Assembly (NCBI GenBank): GCA_947476405.1
Contig: CANJQG010000002.1
Span: 7,050-71,049, forward strand
DNA from: Thiotrichales bacterium
GTDB taxonomy: Bacteria > Pseudomonadota > Gammaproteobacteria > Francisellales > CACEW01
Direction of reading: 5' to 3'
DNA: 64,000 nucleotides
Shown: positions 10,581 to 21,339 of the stretch, piece after piece
Position numbering within the stretch: the stretch's first letter is position 1
How the letters are laid out: each line of letters begins with the position of its first letter
Position numbers and translations under genes: made by a program
The notes under the pieces: model-generated
What the model was told of the DNA's origin: nothing
The model's input: the letters and a program-made list of their open reading frames with translations, nothing else
Databases searched by the model: none

Positions 10581-11850
10581 ATACTTCAGCAAACTCTCAA
10601 ATTATCCACGACTCCGTGTTCTTTTAATTGTTCTGGGCGCAGTGATTGCTTTTGTGGTCATTATGAATTTACTCAGACCTAAAAATCAAACACCCGTACT
10701 TTCTTCGAATGTGCAAGCGGCCAGCCCTAATCCAGACAATGGCACAAAAACGGCTTCGAGCACGGCCACTGCAAATTATGCTCAACTTCATAACCAAGCG
10801 ACCCAAGCAGCCACACAAGCAGCGGTTTCAGACGGAAATACCATTTTCCAAAATGCATTTTCACGCACTTCAAACACTACAAACGGATCGACAGCCGATA
10901 CGCCAACTCCAGCTGCAACAGCTCCATCCACAAATACCTCACAGACTAATTTTGCGGATGCCAATGCAGCAATGGTCTCTGGCACCAACAACCCCCAAGA
11001 TAGCGCTCTAGCTCAACAAGTTCAAACCCTCCAAAATCAACTTTCTGCAGCACAAAAACAAGCTCAGGTACAAAATCAAGCGCAGACGCAACAAGTCAAT
11101 CAACAACAAATGTCAACGACTGAAAACGCAATGAAATCTGGCTTGCAAAATCTTTCAGCAGGATGGAACTCACCTCAATTAACAACCGTAGGTGGCGGAG
11201 ATAGTGGTCAGGACACGCCAAGCGCGCCCCCCTCTTTTCAAGGCCCTGTATCCATCAAAGCGGGAACAATTCTCTTTGGCGTGATCGATACTGCACTTGA
11301 TAGTGATCAGCCTAACACGCCTGTTTTAGCCCATATTGTCGAAGGAAAATATAAAGGCGCGCGCTTGATGGGTGGCTTTACGGCCAGCGCACCCTCCACG
11401 GGATCAAATGGCGCTTTGGTCGTACAGTTTTCAACGATGAGCATGCCTACAGTGGGCTCTACTTTTGCAATTAACGCCTATGCGGTTGATGCAAAAACAG
11501 GAAATAATTCGGTTGTTACAAGTGTCAATAATCATTATCTCTTACGTTATGGCATGTTATTTGCCTCTTCTTTCTTACAAGGATTTGGTAATGCATATCA
11601 AAGCTATACTTACAATTGCCCTCCTGGAACACAAAACTGTAGCGTAGTGAATACCAGCAGCACCGGACAGACTAATAATGCCGTAACACCCACGACGCAA
11701 ACCGCTTTCTACCAAGGCTTAGGGCAAATGGGTCAAAATGCCGCCCAAGCTGCTGCACAAGAATTTAACACCCCCCCCACGATTAAAGTAGCACAGGGGA
11801 CAGGAATTGGCGTGTTATTTATGTCAGACCTTAGAATTCCATATAATTAA
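10561..11850 (+). CDS. icmE: Type IVB secretion core protein IcmE/DotG (VirB10/TraO-like), short form (429 aa)
   Basis: N-terminal TM and a Q/T/A/N-rich linker. C-terminal domain has IKAGTILFGVIDTALDSDQP, HYLLRYGMLFASSFLQGFGNAYQS, FNTPPTIKVAQGTGIGVLF, as remembered for the DotG C-terminus. 20-nt overlap with icmK. Confidence 0.85.
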   Translation: MLKAISKYFSKLSNYPRLRVLLIVLGAVIAFVVIMNLLRPKNQTPVLSSNVQAASPNPDNGTKTASSTATANYAQLHNQATQAATQAAVSDGNTIFQNAFSRTSNTTNGSTADTPTPAATAPSTNTSQTNFADANAAMVSGTNNPQDSALAQQVQTLQNQLSAAQKQAQVQNQAQTQQVNQQQMSTTENAMKSGLQNLSAGWNSPQLTTVGGGDSGQDTPSAPPSFQGPVSIKAGTILFGVIDTALDSDQPNTPVLAHIVEGKYKGARLMGGFTASAPSTGSNGALVVQFSTMSMPTVGSTFAINAYAVDAKTGNNSVVTSVNNHYLLRYGMLFASSFLQGFGNAYQSYTYNCPPGTQNCSVVNTSSTGQTNNAVTPTTQTAFYQGLGQMGQNAAQAAAQEFNTPPTIKVAQGTGIGVLFMSDLRIPYN

Positions 11851-11870
11851 TCAATCTAACGAGGGCGATA

Positions 11871-12851
11871 ATGAAAGATCAAAACGACGATAACTTTAAC
11901 GAAGAATCTCTGAATGAGAACACTTCGAGCACCTCTCATCCAAATATCTCAGATGATTTTGACGAGGAAGATCTAAGCCAGTTTGATGATATTCATGAAG
12001 AATATGAGGAGACTGAAGATCAAGCCAGCGCGCCCCCCCATCATACTGAAGATTATGATGAAGACGTGACAGAAGATGAAGCCTATGCGAACCTAGATGA
12101 TACTGCAACGGCACAAGGCGTAAAAAAAGGAAGCAATTTAATTTCACTGATGAAAGATAACTGGCTTTATATCATCTTAGTCTTAATTGTTGTTACGGTT
12201 GCAGGTTATTTAATTATGGGCACACTTTTCCCAAATACACCTGCTACAGCCCCTGCTACAGTGACTCCTGCAACGCAAACTGCATTTAACAGCCTACCTG
12301 CAACGGGCCAAACCAGTGCAACAGCGGCAGCCGCAACCAACACGAGCAGCACAACCGCACAGCCCAATCCCACTGCACCAGGAACACCGGCAACAGCAGA
12401 ACCCGCTATGATTTCAATGTCTGCAACGCAAATGCAACAACTTCTGCAAGGCTTTTCAAGTACCGTGCAAGATTCCATGAAAACCATTCAAACAACGATT
12501 CAAGCTAGCGGAGCCCCTGCAACAAATGAAAAATTAGCGACACTTCAGACTCAGCTGACCGCATTGGATGGCAATATTTCGACGCTGAATAGCAATTTAA
12601 ATGCAGCTGATACCCGCCTCGGAACAACCCAACAGCAATTGAGCCAGGTTTTGGCCCAAGAAACCGCAAATCAAGAAAAACTAACCCTTCGCGCAGTAGT
12701 TCCTGGACGCGCCTGGTTAGTGGATGGAAAAGGTAATACCATTAGTGTAACCGTGGGAAGTACTCTCGGTTATATTGGCACAGTCACTGAAATTGATAGT
12801 GATCAAGACAATAGTCAAGTCGTCACAAGTAGTGGTTATATTTTCAAATAA
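11871..12851 (+). CDS. icmG: Type IVB secretion protein IcmG/DotF (TraP-like) with a long acidic N-terminal tail
   Basis: Single TM (NWLYIILVLIVVTVAGYLIMG), a coiled-coil-like Q/T/L region, and C-terminal LRAVVPGRAWLVDGKGN...GYIGTVTEID...VVTSSGYIF as in DotF. Confidence 0.7.
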   Translation: MKDQNDDNFNEESLNENTSSTSHPNISDDFDEEDLSQFDDIHEEYEETEDQASAPPHHTEDYDEDVTEDEAYANLDDTATAQGVKKGSNLISLMKDNWLYIILVLIVVTVAGYLIMGTLFPNTPATAPATVTPATQTAFNSLPATGQTSATAAAATNTSSTTAQPNPTAPGTPATAEPAMISMSATQMQQLLQGFSSTVQDSMKTIQTTIQASGAPATNEKLATLQTQLTALDGNISTLNSNLNAADTRLGTTQQQLSQVLAQETANQEKLTLRAVVPGRAWLVDGKGNTISVTVGSTLGYIGTVTEIDSDQDNSQVVTSSGYIFK

Positions 12852-12875
12852 CCTACGAATTGGAGCAAAGTAACA

Positions 12876-15800
12876 ATGTCATTTATTGAAGGTTTTTATA
12901 ATGGAATAGAAGGCATTTTAGCTTGGGTAAGCACTGCACTCAAGCAAAATGCACTCGCCTATTGCGACCTTGAAACGGCTGACAATAAAAATGCTTTGGC
13001 CTCAAAAGATGGTTCCCTCATCTCCATTATTCGTTTACATGGCTACAAGCGTTTTATTGGAACGAATGAATTTATCTATCTTTGTCAGATTTTGGGAGAA
13101 GCATTTCAACCTGCTTTTTCAGGATCAGGACACTTTATTCAATTCTTTTTTGCCCAAGATAATGTACATATCGCAGATCGCATTTCTGAGGCCATGCAAC
13201 CCGCTGTTGAAACTGCAAAACGCCTGGGCTTACAGCTAGATGATATTTTTGAATCCCGGATCAAAACCCTCTCTCGCTTTTGTTCCGACGAAGATTGTTT
13301 CATTGTACTTTGGACGAATAAGCAGGCGATTGAAAAATCACACTATAAACGCCTCACTAAACAACGCTCTGAAAAAATGAAAAGCTATAAACTCCCTAAA
13401 ATGACGGGAGCCCAGGATGTATTTGGTGTATTTTCTGACTTAAGAAATATTCATCAATCGTTTATTTCCTCTATTATTGAAGATTTACAACATGCCGGTT
13501 TTTATCTGCAATTATTGAATGTCCACAAAGCAGCATACGAAATTCGAAAAACCATTGACCCCAATTATACCAGCGAAGACTGGCAGCCCTTTTTACCCGG
13601 AGATCGCCTTCCCCTTCAACTCAAAGGCAATATTAAAAATGATATTTCGTCTTTAATGTGGCCTCCTCTCGATTGGCAGCTCATGCCGCGTGGGGGTGAA
13701 AATATTGGTTTAAAATATGCCCGAATTGGGGACCAAATTTATGCTCCTTTATTTGTCGAGCTTTTTCCAAAAGATATTAAACCCTTTTATGAACTCTTCA
13801 GACGTCTACTCTCAGCAAATTTACCTTGGCGTATTTCCTATTTTTTAGGGGGAGATGGAATTAAAATCACCCAAAGTAAAAACGTACTGGCTCAGGTTTT
13901 GGCTTTTAGCTCCCATCACAATAAACTCATTGCCGACGCGCATCGTCTGTTAAAAACATTGCATGAACGCAGTGATGATCCCATTATTAAACTACAGGTG
14001 TGCCTGACAACCTGGGCCCCTCATAATAAACCTGAACTCCTCAAAGAACGCTCGGCTAAGCTTTATAAAATTACGCAAAGCTGGGGAAATTGTCAGGTTG
14101 GTGATATTTCAGGAGATGCGTTTGCAACTACACTAGGCAGTGCACTGGCCTTTACCGATAAAATTGCTGCGACGGCCTCTGCAGCACCCCTCTCAGATGT
14201 CATTCGCATGCTTCCTTTTGTGAGACCAGCTTCTCCCTGGCCCAATGGCGGTCTATTATTTAGAACACCTGATGGAAAACTTTGGCCCTATCAACCCGGC
14301 TCAAGCTATCAAGTCAGCTGGATTGATATTATCTATGCGCGCTCAGGTTCAGGAAAATCAGTCTTGGCGAATACCTTAAATTTGGGATTATGTTTACTTT
14401 CTGGATTATCCAGTCTCCCTCGCATTTCCATTATTGATATCGGCCCCTCGAGCAAAGGATTTATCTCTCTCATCAAAGAAGGACTTCCAGAAAACCGCAA
14501 ACATGAAGCCATTTACTATCGTCTCAGCAATGATGAAAAAGATGCTATTAATCCTTTTGATACGCAGCTGGGCTCGCGAGAACCTAATCGTGCACATCGC
14601 TCTTTTCTGCTCAACTTTCTGAATCTTTTATTAGTTGAAAATATCGAAGATAATCTTCCTGAGGGCATGTCCAGCATGATCAGCATGATTATTGATGAAA
14701 CGTATAAACGTTTTGGAGATTTAGAACAACCTAAACTTTACGTGCGTTACAGTGATGCAGAAATTGAAGCCCAACTCGACAGCATTGACCTTCCTGATGT
14801 CAACCAAATTACGTGGTGGAATATCGCAGATGCCTTTTTTAAAGCAGGCAATCAACGTCTCGCACTCAAAGCACAGCGTTATGCGATGCCCACTATTGCA
14901 GATACAGTCTCCATCGCTTATAGCAACAGCATTAAAGACTTATTTGGTGAAATTCTCACTATTTCAAATGAAAATTATGTGGATGCCTATAGTCGGATTA
15001 TTTCAGGCGTCATTCGCGGCTTCCCCACCCTAACTTGTGTCACCAATCTTAATTTTGAAAGCGCAAAGCTGATTTCACTAGACTTAAATGATGTGGCAAA
15101 ATCAGGAAGTCCTGCCGCTGAAAAACAAACCGCAATTATGTATATGTTAGCCCGTCACATCTTGGGAAGAGATTTCTTCCTGAATATTGAAGAAATTCAT
15201 AAAATGCCTGAGCAATATCATGATTATCATATCAAGCGCGCAAAAGAAGTCTTAGAAGAACCGAAACGAATTGTATTCGATGAATTTCACCGTACGGCAA
15301 AAAGTCCTGCCATTCGCGATCAAGTTCTGCAAGATATGCGTGAAGGCCGTAAATGGAAAATTCATATTGCACTGGCCTCTCAATCTTTAAAGGATTTTGA
15401 TGATTTGATGATTGAATTTGCAACTTCCGTATTTATTCTTGATTCAGGCTCCTCTATTTCCATTGATGCAACCTGTAAAGCCTTTGGCTTAACGGATACT
15501 GAAAAACTAGCACTTTCCAGTCGTGTTCATGGGCCGACTTCTGAAGGCTCGACTTTTATTGCCCAATTTGTCACAAAGCGAGGAATGAATACGCAACTTC
15601 TCACCAGTACGATTAGCCCCGTTGAACTTTGGGCATTTAATACCACGGTGGAAGATGTCTTGATTCGTGATACACTTTATCAATTGATTGGCCCTGTATC
15701 TACCCGAAAATTACTTGCTGATCGTTTTCCAAAAGGCGGCGCAACCGATGAAATTGAAGCGGAACTCAAAACCAATCCAACCGCAACTGGCCAGTCTATT

Positions 15801-15890
15801 TGTGATCGATTTATTTTAGAAATTCAAGGATTGCATAAAAAAGAACAACAACGTCGTAAAGCCACGATGAATGAACAAGGTTTATTGTAG
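12876..15890 (+). CDS. icmB: Type IVB secretion ATPase IcmB/DotO (TraU/VirB4-like)
   Basis: 1004 aa. Walker A ARSGSGKSVLANTL and Walker B-like RIVFDEFH. Size and position after icmG fit. Confidence 0.85.
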   Translation: MSFIEGFYNGIEGILAWVSTALKQNALAYCDLETADNKNALASKDGSLISIIRLHGYKRFIGTNEFIYLCQILGEAFQPAFSGSGHFIQFFFAQDNVHIADRISEAMQPAVETAKRLGLQLDDIFESRIKTLSRFCSDEDCFIVLWTNKQAIEKSHYKRLTKQRSEKMKSYKLPKMTGAQDVFGVFSDLRNIHQSFISSIIEDLQHAGFYLQLLNVHKAAYEIRKTIDPNYTSEDWQPFLPGDRLPLQLKGNIKNDISSLMWPPLDWQLMPRGGENIGLKYARIGDQIYAPLFVELFPKDIKPFYELFRRLLSANLPWRISYFLGGDGIKITQSKNVLAQVLAFSSHHNKLIADAHRLLKTLHERSDDPIIKLQVCLTTWAPHNKPELLKERSAKLYKITQSWGNCQVGDISGDAFATTLGSALAFTDKIAATASAAPLSDVIRMLPFVRPASPWPNGGLLFRTPDGKLWPYQPGSSYQVSWIDIIYARSGSGKSVLANTLNLGLCLLSGLSSLPRISIIDIGPSSKGFISLIKEGLPENRKHEAIYYRLSNDEKDAINPFDTQLGSREPNRAHRSFLLNFLNLLLVENIEDNLPEGMSSMISMIIDETYKRFGDLEQPKLYVRYSDAEIEAQLDSIDLPDVNQITWWNIADAFFKAGNQRLALKAQRYAMPTIADTVSIAYSNSIKDLFGEILTISNENYVDAYSRIISGVIRGFPTLTCVTNLNFESAKLISLDLNDVAKSGSPAAEKQTAIMYMLARHILGRDFFLNIEEIHKMPEQYHDYHIKRAKEVLEEPKRIVFDEFHRTAKSPAIRDQVLQDMREGRKWKIHIALASQSLKDFDDLMIEFATSVFILDSGSSISIDATCKAFGLTDTEKLALSSRVHGPTSEGSTFIAQFVTKRGMNTQLLTSTISPVELWAFNTTVEDVLIRDTLYQLIGPVSTRKLLADRFPKGGATDEIEAELKTNPTATGQSICDRFILEIQGLHKKEQQRRKATMNEQGLL

Positions 15891-15898
15891 GAGAACCC

Positions 15899-16984
15899 AT
15901 GCAAGGCGGACAAAAAGATTCAGGTGAATTAGAGATATTATGGCTTGTCGTCGGAGGCCTGGGGCTCCTTCTATTCATCCTCGTTTTATTTCACACCCAA
16001 ATCCTGACTGCAATATTATGGATTAAGTATGGCGAATTAAAGCTACTCAGTTTTTTCATGATCCAAATGCAATATCAAGGCATTGAAAGTTTTATTAATC
16101 CCGCCAATCATAATCGAATTAGTGTCGCTGAACTAAGCCTGCTTTCTCAAGAAATTGGAAATATATTAAAAGGCCCCTGCTCCATCCTTTGTATTATTTT
16201 TATGACGATCACTTATTTTAAACATCCTACCAGTGGATTTCGCGATATTGAAAACATGCATACCCTTTCAGACAAGGTGCGCAAAACCTTTCCGGCCATT
16301 AATGTCGTTTCGGGCTTAAATCTTGTCAAACAATCCATCGATGAAGGGCCATGGGCCATGGCATTGACACCCATTGAATTTGGTAAAAAAAATGCGTTAC
16401 TCACTCGCCATCCTCAAACAAAAAAAGTCATAGTTGATGAATATAAGGCAAAGTTGATTTTTAGCCAGCAACTGGGGGGGCTCTGGAAAGGAATTGATAA
16501 TCTTAACCCGCATCAAAAAGCACTTTTTGCTATTTTTGCCTCGTTTATCAATTATAAAAGAAACGAAGGTGAGGAAGCCCTTGAAGAAATTGTATCGCAA
16601 ATCAATCAAACCCAAATCAATAAAAAAACAATTCCCTTTCACACAGAGCGCTTACTAAAGAAATATGGCCAAACGCCTGCTGTACTTGAGATTATTAAAA
16701 AACACGCCTACACCAATACCATTTTTATGGAAATGCTGATTCAAGCACGGACTTCTGGAATTGTTCTGAACTCTCTTTATTTATGGGTTAAACCCCTCGA
16801 TCGCCCGCTTTGGTATATTTTAAATAATGTAGGTCGAAAAGCGGTATTTATTGAAGCCGCAGGCGTTCAAGCACACTGTTTAGCCGAAAAGCGTCTTGGA
16901 TTTGAAATTCGTCAACCCATGGTAGATGAAGCTATTTTTGCCCTAAAAGAAGCCATTGATGCCAGAATTGTCAAGGATATATAA
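15899..16984 (+). CDS. icmP: Probable type IV coupling-complex subunit IcmP/DotM (TrbA-like)
   Basis: Two N-terminal TM segments followed by a soluble domain of about 250 aa, matching DotM topology. GPWAMALTPIEFGKK resembles the remembered DotM block. Adjacent to the DotN homolog. Assignment needs a profile search. Confidence 0.55.
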   Translation: MQGGQKDSGELEILWLVVGGLGLLLFILVLFHTQILTAILWIKYGELKLLSFFMIQMQYQGIESFINPANHNRISVAELSLLSQEIGNILKGPCSILCIIFMTITYFKHPTSGFRDIENMHTLSDKVRKTFPAINVVSGLNLVKQSIDEGPWAMALTPIEFGKKNALLTRHPQTKKVIVDEYKAKLIFSQQLGGLWKGIDNLNPHQKALFAIFASFINYKRNEGEEALEEIVSQINQTQINKKTIPFHTERLLKKYGQTPAVLEIIKKHAYTNTIFMEMLIQARTSGIVLNSLYLWVKPLDRPLWYILNNVGRKAVFIEAAGVQAHCLAEKRLGFEIRQPMVDEAIFALKEAIDARIVKDI

Positions 16985-17580
16985 TGTCACTTAAATTATC
17001 ACTTTGTGGTGAACTCAATAATTGGGAAAAATTTAAAGCACGAAAAAAAAATCAAACTTTTTTGACTGCTCGTAATAAAATTCTGCAGCGCGATCATGAA
17101 ACCTGTAAGTTCTGCGCTTACCAAGGCCGAACTTTAGAAGTGATTAATTATGATAATAATTACAGTAATAATAAGCCCGGCAATCTGCTGACGGCCTGTG
17201 TTTTTTGTGCACGCTGCACCCTTCTCGATTCTTATAAACTGGACTATGCCGGCGGAGACCGGATCATTTACTTACCGGAAATGACGCAAACCAATTTAAA
17301 CACCTTATGCCGAATTTTATTTGTTGAAGCAGCGGGTGAGATGAGCAGCGAAGGGGCATACAATGCTAAAGCCATCCTGGCCCAACTCCTAGACCGTGCA
17401 ACCCTATTAAATCAAAAATCAGGAGCAGAGCTATCTCACCCTGGATTATTTTTATTTTATTTAAGCAGCGAAAAGAAAAACCCTAATTTTGTAAGCAAAT
17501 TACGCTGGCTTCCTGACCCACGCGAGTACATGGAAACGGTTAAAATATGGCAGGAAGAATTTGAGGTTAAAAATGCATAA
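16984..17580 (+). CDS. icmJ: Coupling-complex zinc-binding subunit IcmJ/DotN (TraT-like)
   Basis: 198 aa with paired Cys motifs CKFCAYQG...CVFCARC. TAATG overlap with the preceding gene. Confidence 0.7.
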   Translation: MSLKLSLCGELNNWEKFKARKKNQTFLTARNKILQRDHETCKFCAYQGRTLEVINYDNNYSNNKPGNLLTACVFCARCTLLDSYKLDYAGGDRIIYLPEMTQTNLNTLCRILFVEAAGEMSSEGAYNAKAILAQLLDRATLLNQKSGAELSHPGLFLFYLSSEKKNPNFVSKLRWLPDPREYMETVKIWQEEFEVKNA

Positions 17581-17899
17581 TTGCCTGTTTTGCAAAATAA
17601 TTGCCAATGAGATTCCCTGTAAAAAGGTTTTTGAGAATAGCAATTTTCTTGCCTTTCATGATATGCACCCCAAAGCCAAGGTTCACATTTTAATCATTCC
17701 AAAAAAGCATATTGAGAGCCTAGCTCACTTGAAAGTAGAAGATACCCTTCTTATGGGTGAACTTACGCTTTTATTACAGAATTTAGCGCGAGAACTCAAT
17801 CTCACCAATGGCTTTAAAACCCAGATTCACACGGGAGAAGGAGGCGGACAAGAAGTGTTTCATTTACACTATCACCTGCTAGGCACCCCCTCACTTTAA
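17573..17899 (+). CDS. HIT-family (HinT-like) nucleotide hydrolase
   Basis: MHNCLFCKII... and the histidine triad HLHYHLLG. ATG 17573 overlaps the icmJ stop (ATGCATAA). Confidence 0.85.
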   Translation: MHNCLFCKIIANEIPCKKVFENSNFLAFHDMHPKAKVHILIIPKKHIESLAHLKVEDTLLMGELTLLLQNLARELNLTNGFKTQIHTGEGGGQEVFHLHYHLLGTPSL

Positions 17900-17900
17900 A

Positions 17901-18650
17901 CTAGATATGATCTTCATAAACCTGCCCTGGTTTTGCACTTGATAAAACAGTTGTACTGCGAGCATTATCCTGACCACAAACCCAGAACCCATATCCCGCA
18001 TATTGCCCTGGATTCCCACCTATTTCTTGCGGTGTAAAATCATAAGGAACAGGGTATCTTGTCATATTCGCATAACTACGCCACGCTTTACTTTGGTCCC
18101 AAGAATACTCGGTTCCTTCAACACTTTTAACCAGGCTCATCACGCTAATCCCTTTATCTTCAATGAAATTAGGCATCATTTGAGGGGTAACAGTTTCAGC
18201 GTAGAGGGCACCATTCACGTTGACACTAAAGCTACTGACAAAATGACTCGTAGCAGTGGCATCAATGACCGCAAAATTAATTGTATTTAAATAGAAAGAG
18301 GTCTGATCAGAACGGCTTAATCCAAAATGAACCGCATTCACTCCAGGATTAAAGTCGGTCACGATTAAATCCCGTTTTGAAGTATGTGTATTCTGAAGCC
18401 CTGAATCAATCGTCAAATTCTCTGCGCTATATCCATTTTTAACATAACTTGGATAAATCGGAACCAGAGAGGAAATAGGCGTCACATTATTCACAGGCAT
18501 ACTATAAATAACCAAAGGCTCGCCTCCATGTCCACAGGGATACTGAATGCTGATATTACCATCTAAAAAAGTATCGCCCTGCAAATGAACCAAGGATGCG
18601 AATGCAGAAGGACTCGTTAAAATCATTACACTAAATGCTAAAGCTTTCAT
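17901..18650 (-). CDS. Secreted hypothetical protein
   Basis: Signal peptide MKALAFSVMILTSPSAFA. No recognisable motif. Converges on the end of the T4BSS operon. Confidence 0.5.
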   Translation of the reverse strand: MKALAFSVMILTSPSAFASLVHLQGDTFLDGNISIQYPCGHGGEPLVIYSMPVNNVTPISSLVPIYPSYVKNGYSAENLTIDSGLQNTHTSKRDLIVTDFNPGVNAVHFGLSRSDQTSFYLNTINFAVIDATATSHFVSSFSVNVNGALYAETVTPQMMPNFIEDKGISVMSLVKSVEGTEYSWDQSKAWRSYANMTRYPVPYDFTPQEIGGNPGQYAGYGFWVCGQDNARSTTVLSSAKPGQVYEDHI

Positions 18651-18815
18651 TTTCAGACTCCAAATAATAATTTAATTTAAACTATTATATGCCTTTATTA
18701 TAAAAATGTAAAGTGCAAATTCAAAAAAAAGAAACATGGGCAAAAAAAGTTAATTTTTTGCTTTTAGCTCTGCTTAAGCGACTTGGTTTACGACTCAATC
18801 TTATTCGGATAATTC

Positions 18816-20277
<1,462 letters not shown>

Positions 20278-20339
20278 AACAAACAGCTTAACATTCACTC
20301 CATTGCGGTTGCAATATCATCAAACCAATGGAGTACTTT

Positions 20340-20735
20340 ATGAAAAAAATGATACAAAATGGCCTGGCACTGATCTTCGGGATTTCGCTCTCCAGCACTG
20401 CATTTGCTTACAATAACGCCAGCGTTGCGGTGGACAACCTCACAAATACAAACCTATATTTATACTGCCAACTATCGAATAATACAAGATTTTATCAGAA
20501 TCCAAATCAACAAAGCCATGATTTTAATATTCTGAAAAATGATTCTGATCCAATTGATATTTATATTGTGAATCAAGAACCTTTCGAAGGCCCCAACATG
20601 GTTTGTTACAATCACCAAAATCTGGATGATCAATTTAGTTATCGATTTGATGGAGATGAGGAAACCGTTAAAGTCAGCGGGCATTTTCATTATGATCGCA
20701 GCTATCCAGGAAGCATTACTTTTGAATCTCACTGA
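20340..20735 (+). CDS. Small secreted hypothetical protein
   Basis: Signal peptide MKKMIQNGLALIFGISLSSTAFA. GGAG lies 6 nt upstream of ATG 20340. Confidence 0.45.
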   Translation: MKKMIQNGLALIFGISLSSTAFAYNNASVAVDNLTNTNLYLYCQLSNNTRFYQNPNQQSHDFNILKNDSDPIDIYIVNQEPFEGPNMVCYNHQNLDDQFSYRFDGDEETVKVSGHFHYDRSYPGSITFESH

Positions 20736-21339
20736 ACTGCTTGTCGCCCTCACCTTATCCAGCTTGATCATGATTTTACTGAGTCAAAATCTAAGCCTAC
20801 TCTCGCTGGATAGCATGCGCTTTAAAGCTTCAACAGAGCATGAAGATGGTACGCTCCTCGCCCTACTGCTTCTGCAACATCAATTGCAAAGCAGCCAGGT
20901 CAGTGAATGCGCACCCAGTGCAAGCACGCCTTATCGCCCCGTAGATCATGGCCTGAGCATTGATTCCCTGACGGACACCTTTTATGTCCAGGCTCGAGGA
21001 GACCGCGTAACGCTTCCGGCAAAATGGCTGAAGCAAAAAGATCCCGTGATTGTGATTGATGATTGTATCCAGACACAAGAAACAAAGCCGAGCGAACTAC
21101 AATTTAAAATGGACCGCGCTAAAAACTTCCCACTGAGCCTCAGCCTGAAAGAAACAAAAACCTATATTTTAGCGCAATCACAACTGGTACTTTATAGTGG
21201 AACCCGCAAAGAGGGCATTTTATTTCGTCATATTGCTGACTTTAAATCAATCTGGCTTCCCAACCAAACCCTAAATATTCGCATCACGCCCGAGGACAGC
21301 CATGCCCCCTTCTCCCTCACCTACCCCCGAACCCTCTGA
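20722..21339 (+). CDS. Hypothetical protein with a pilin/pseudopilin-like N-terminal helix (degenerate, lacks the Gly)
   Basis: LNLTELLVALTLSSLIMILL resembles the (G)FTLIELLVAL prepilin motif, with the conserved Glu at +5 but no preceding Gly. Start is uncertain (TTG 20722 or upstream ATGs that overlap the previous gene). Confidence 0.3.
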   Translation: MNLTELLVALTLSSLIMILLSQNLSLLSLDSMRFKASTEHEDGTLLALLLLQHQLQSSQVSECAPSASTPYRPVDHGLSIDSLTDTFYVQARGDRVTLPAKWLKQKDPVIVIDDCIQTQETKPSELQFKMDRAKNFPLSLSLKETKTYILAQSQLVLYSGTRKEGILFRHIADFKSIWLPNQTLNIRITPEDSHAPFSLTYPRTL

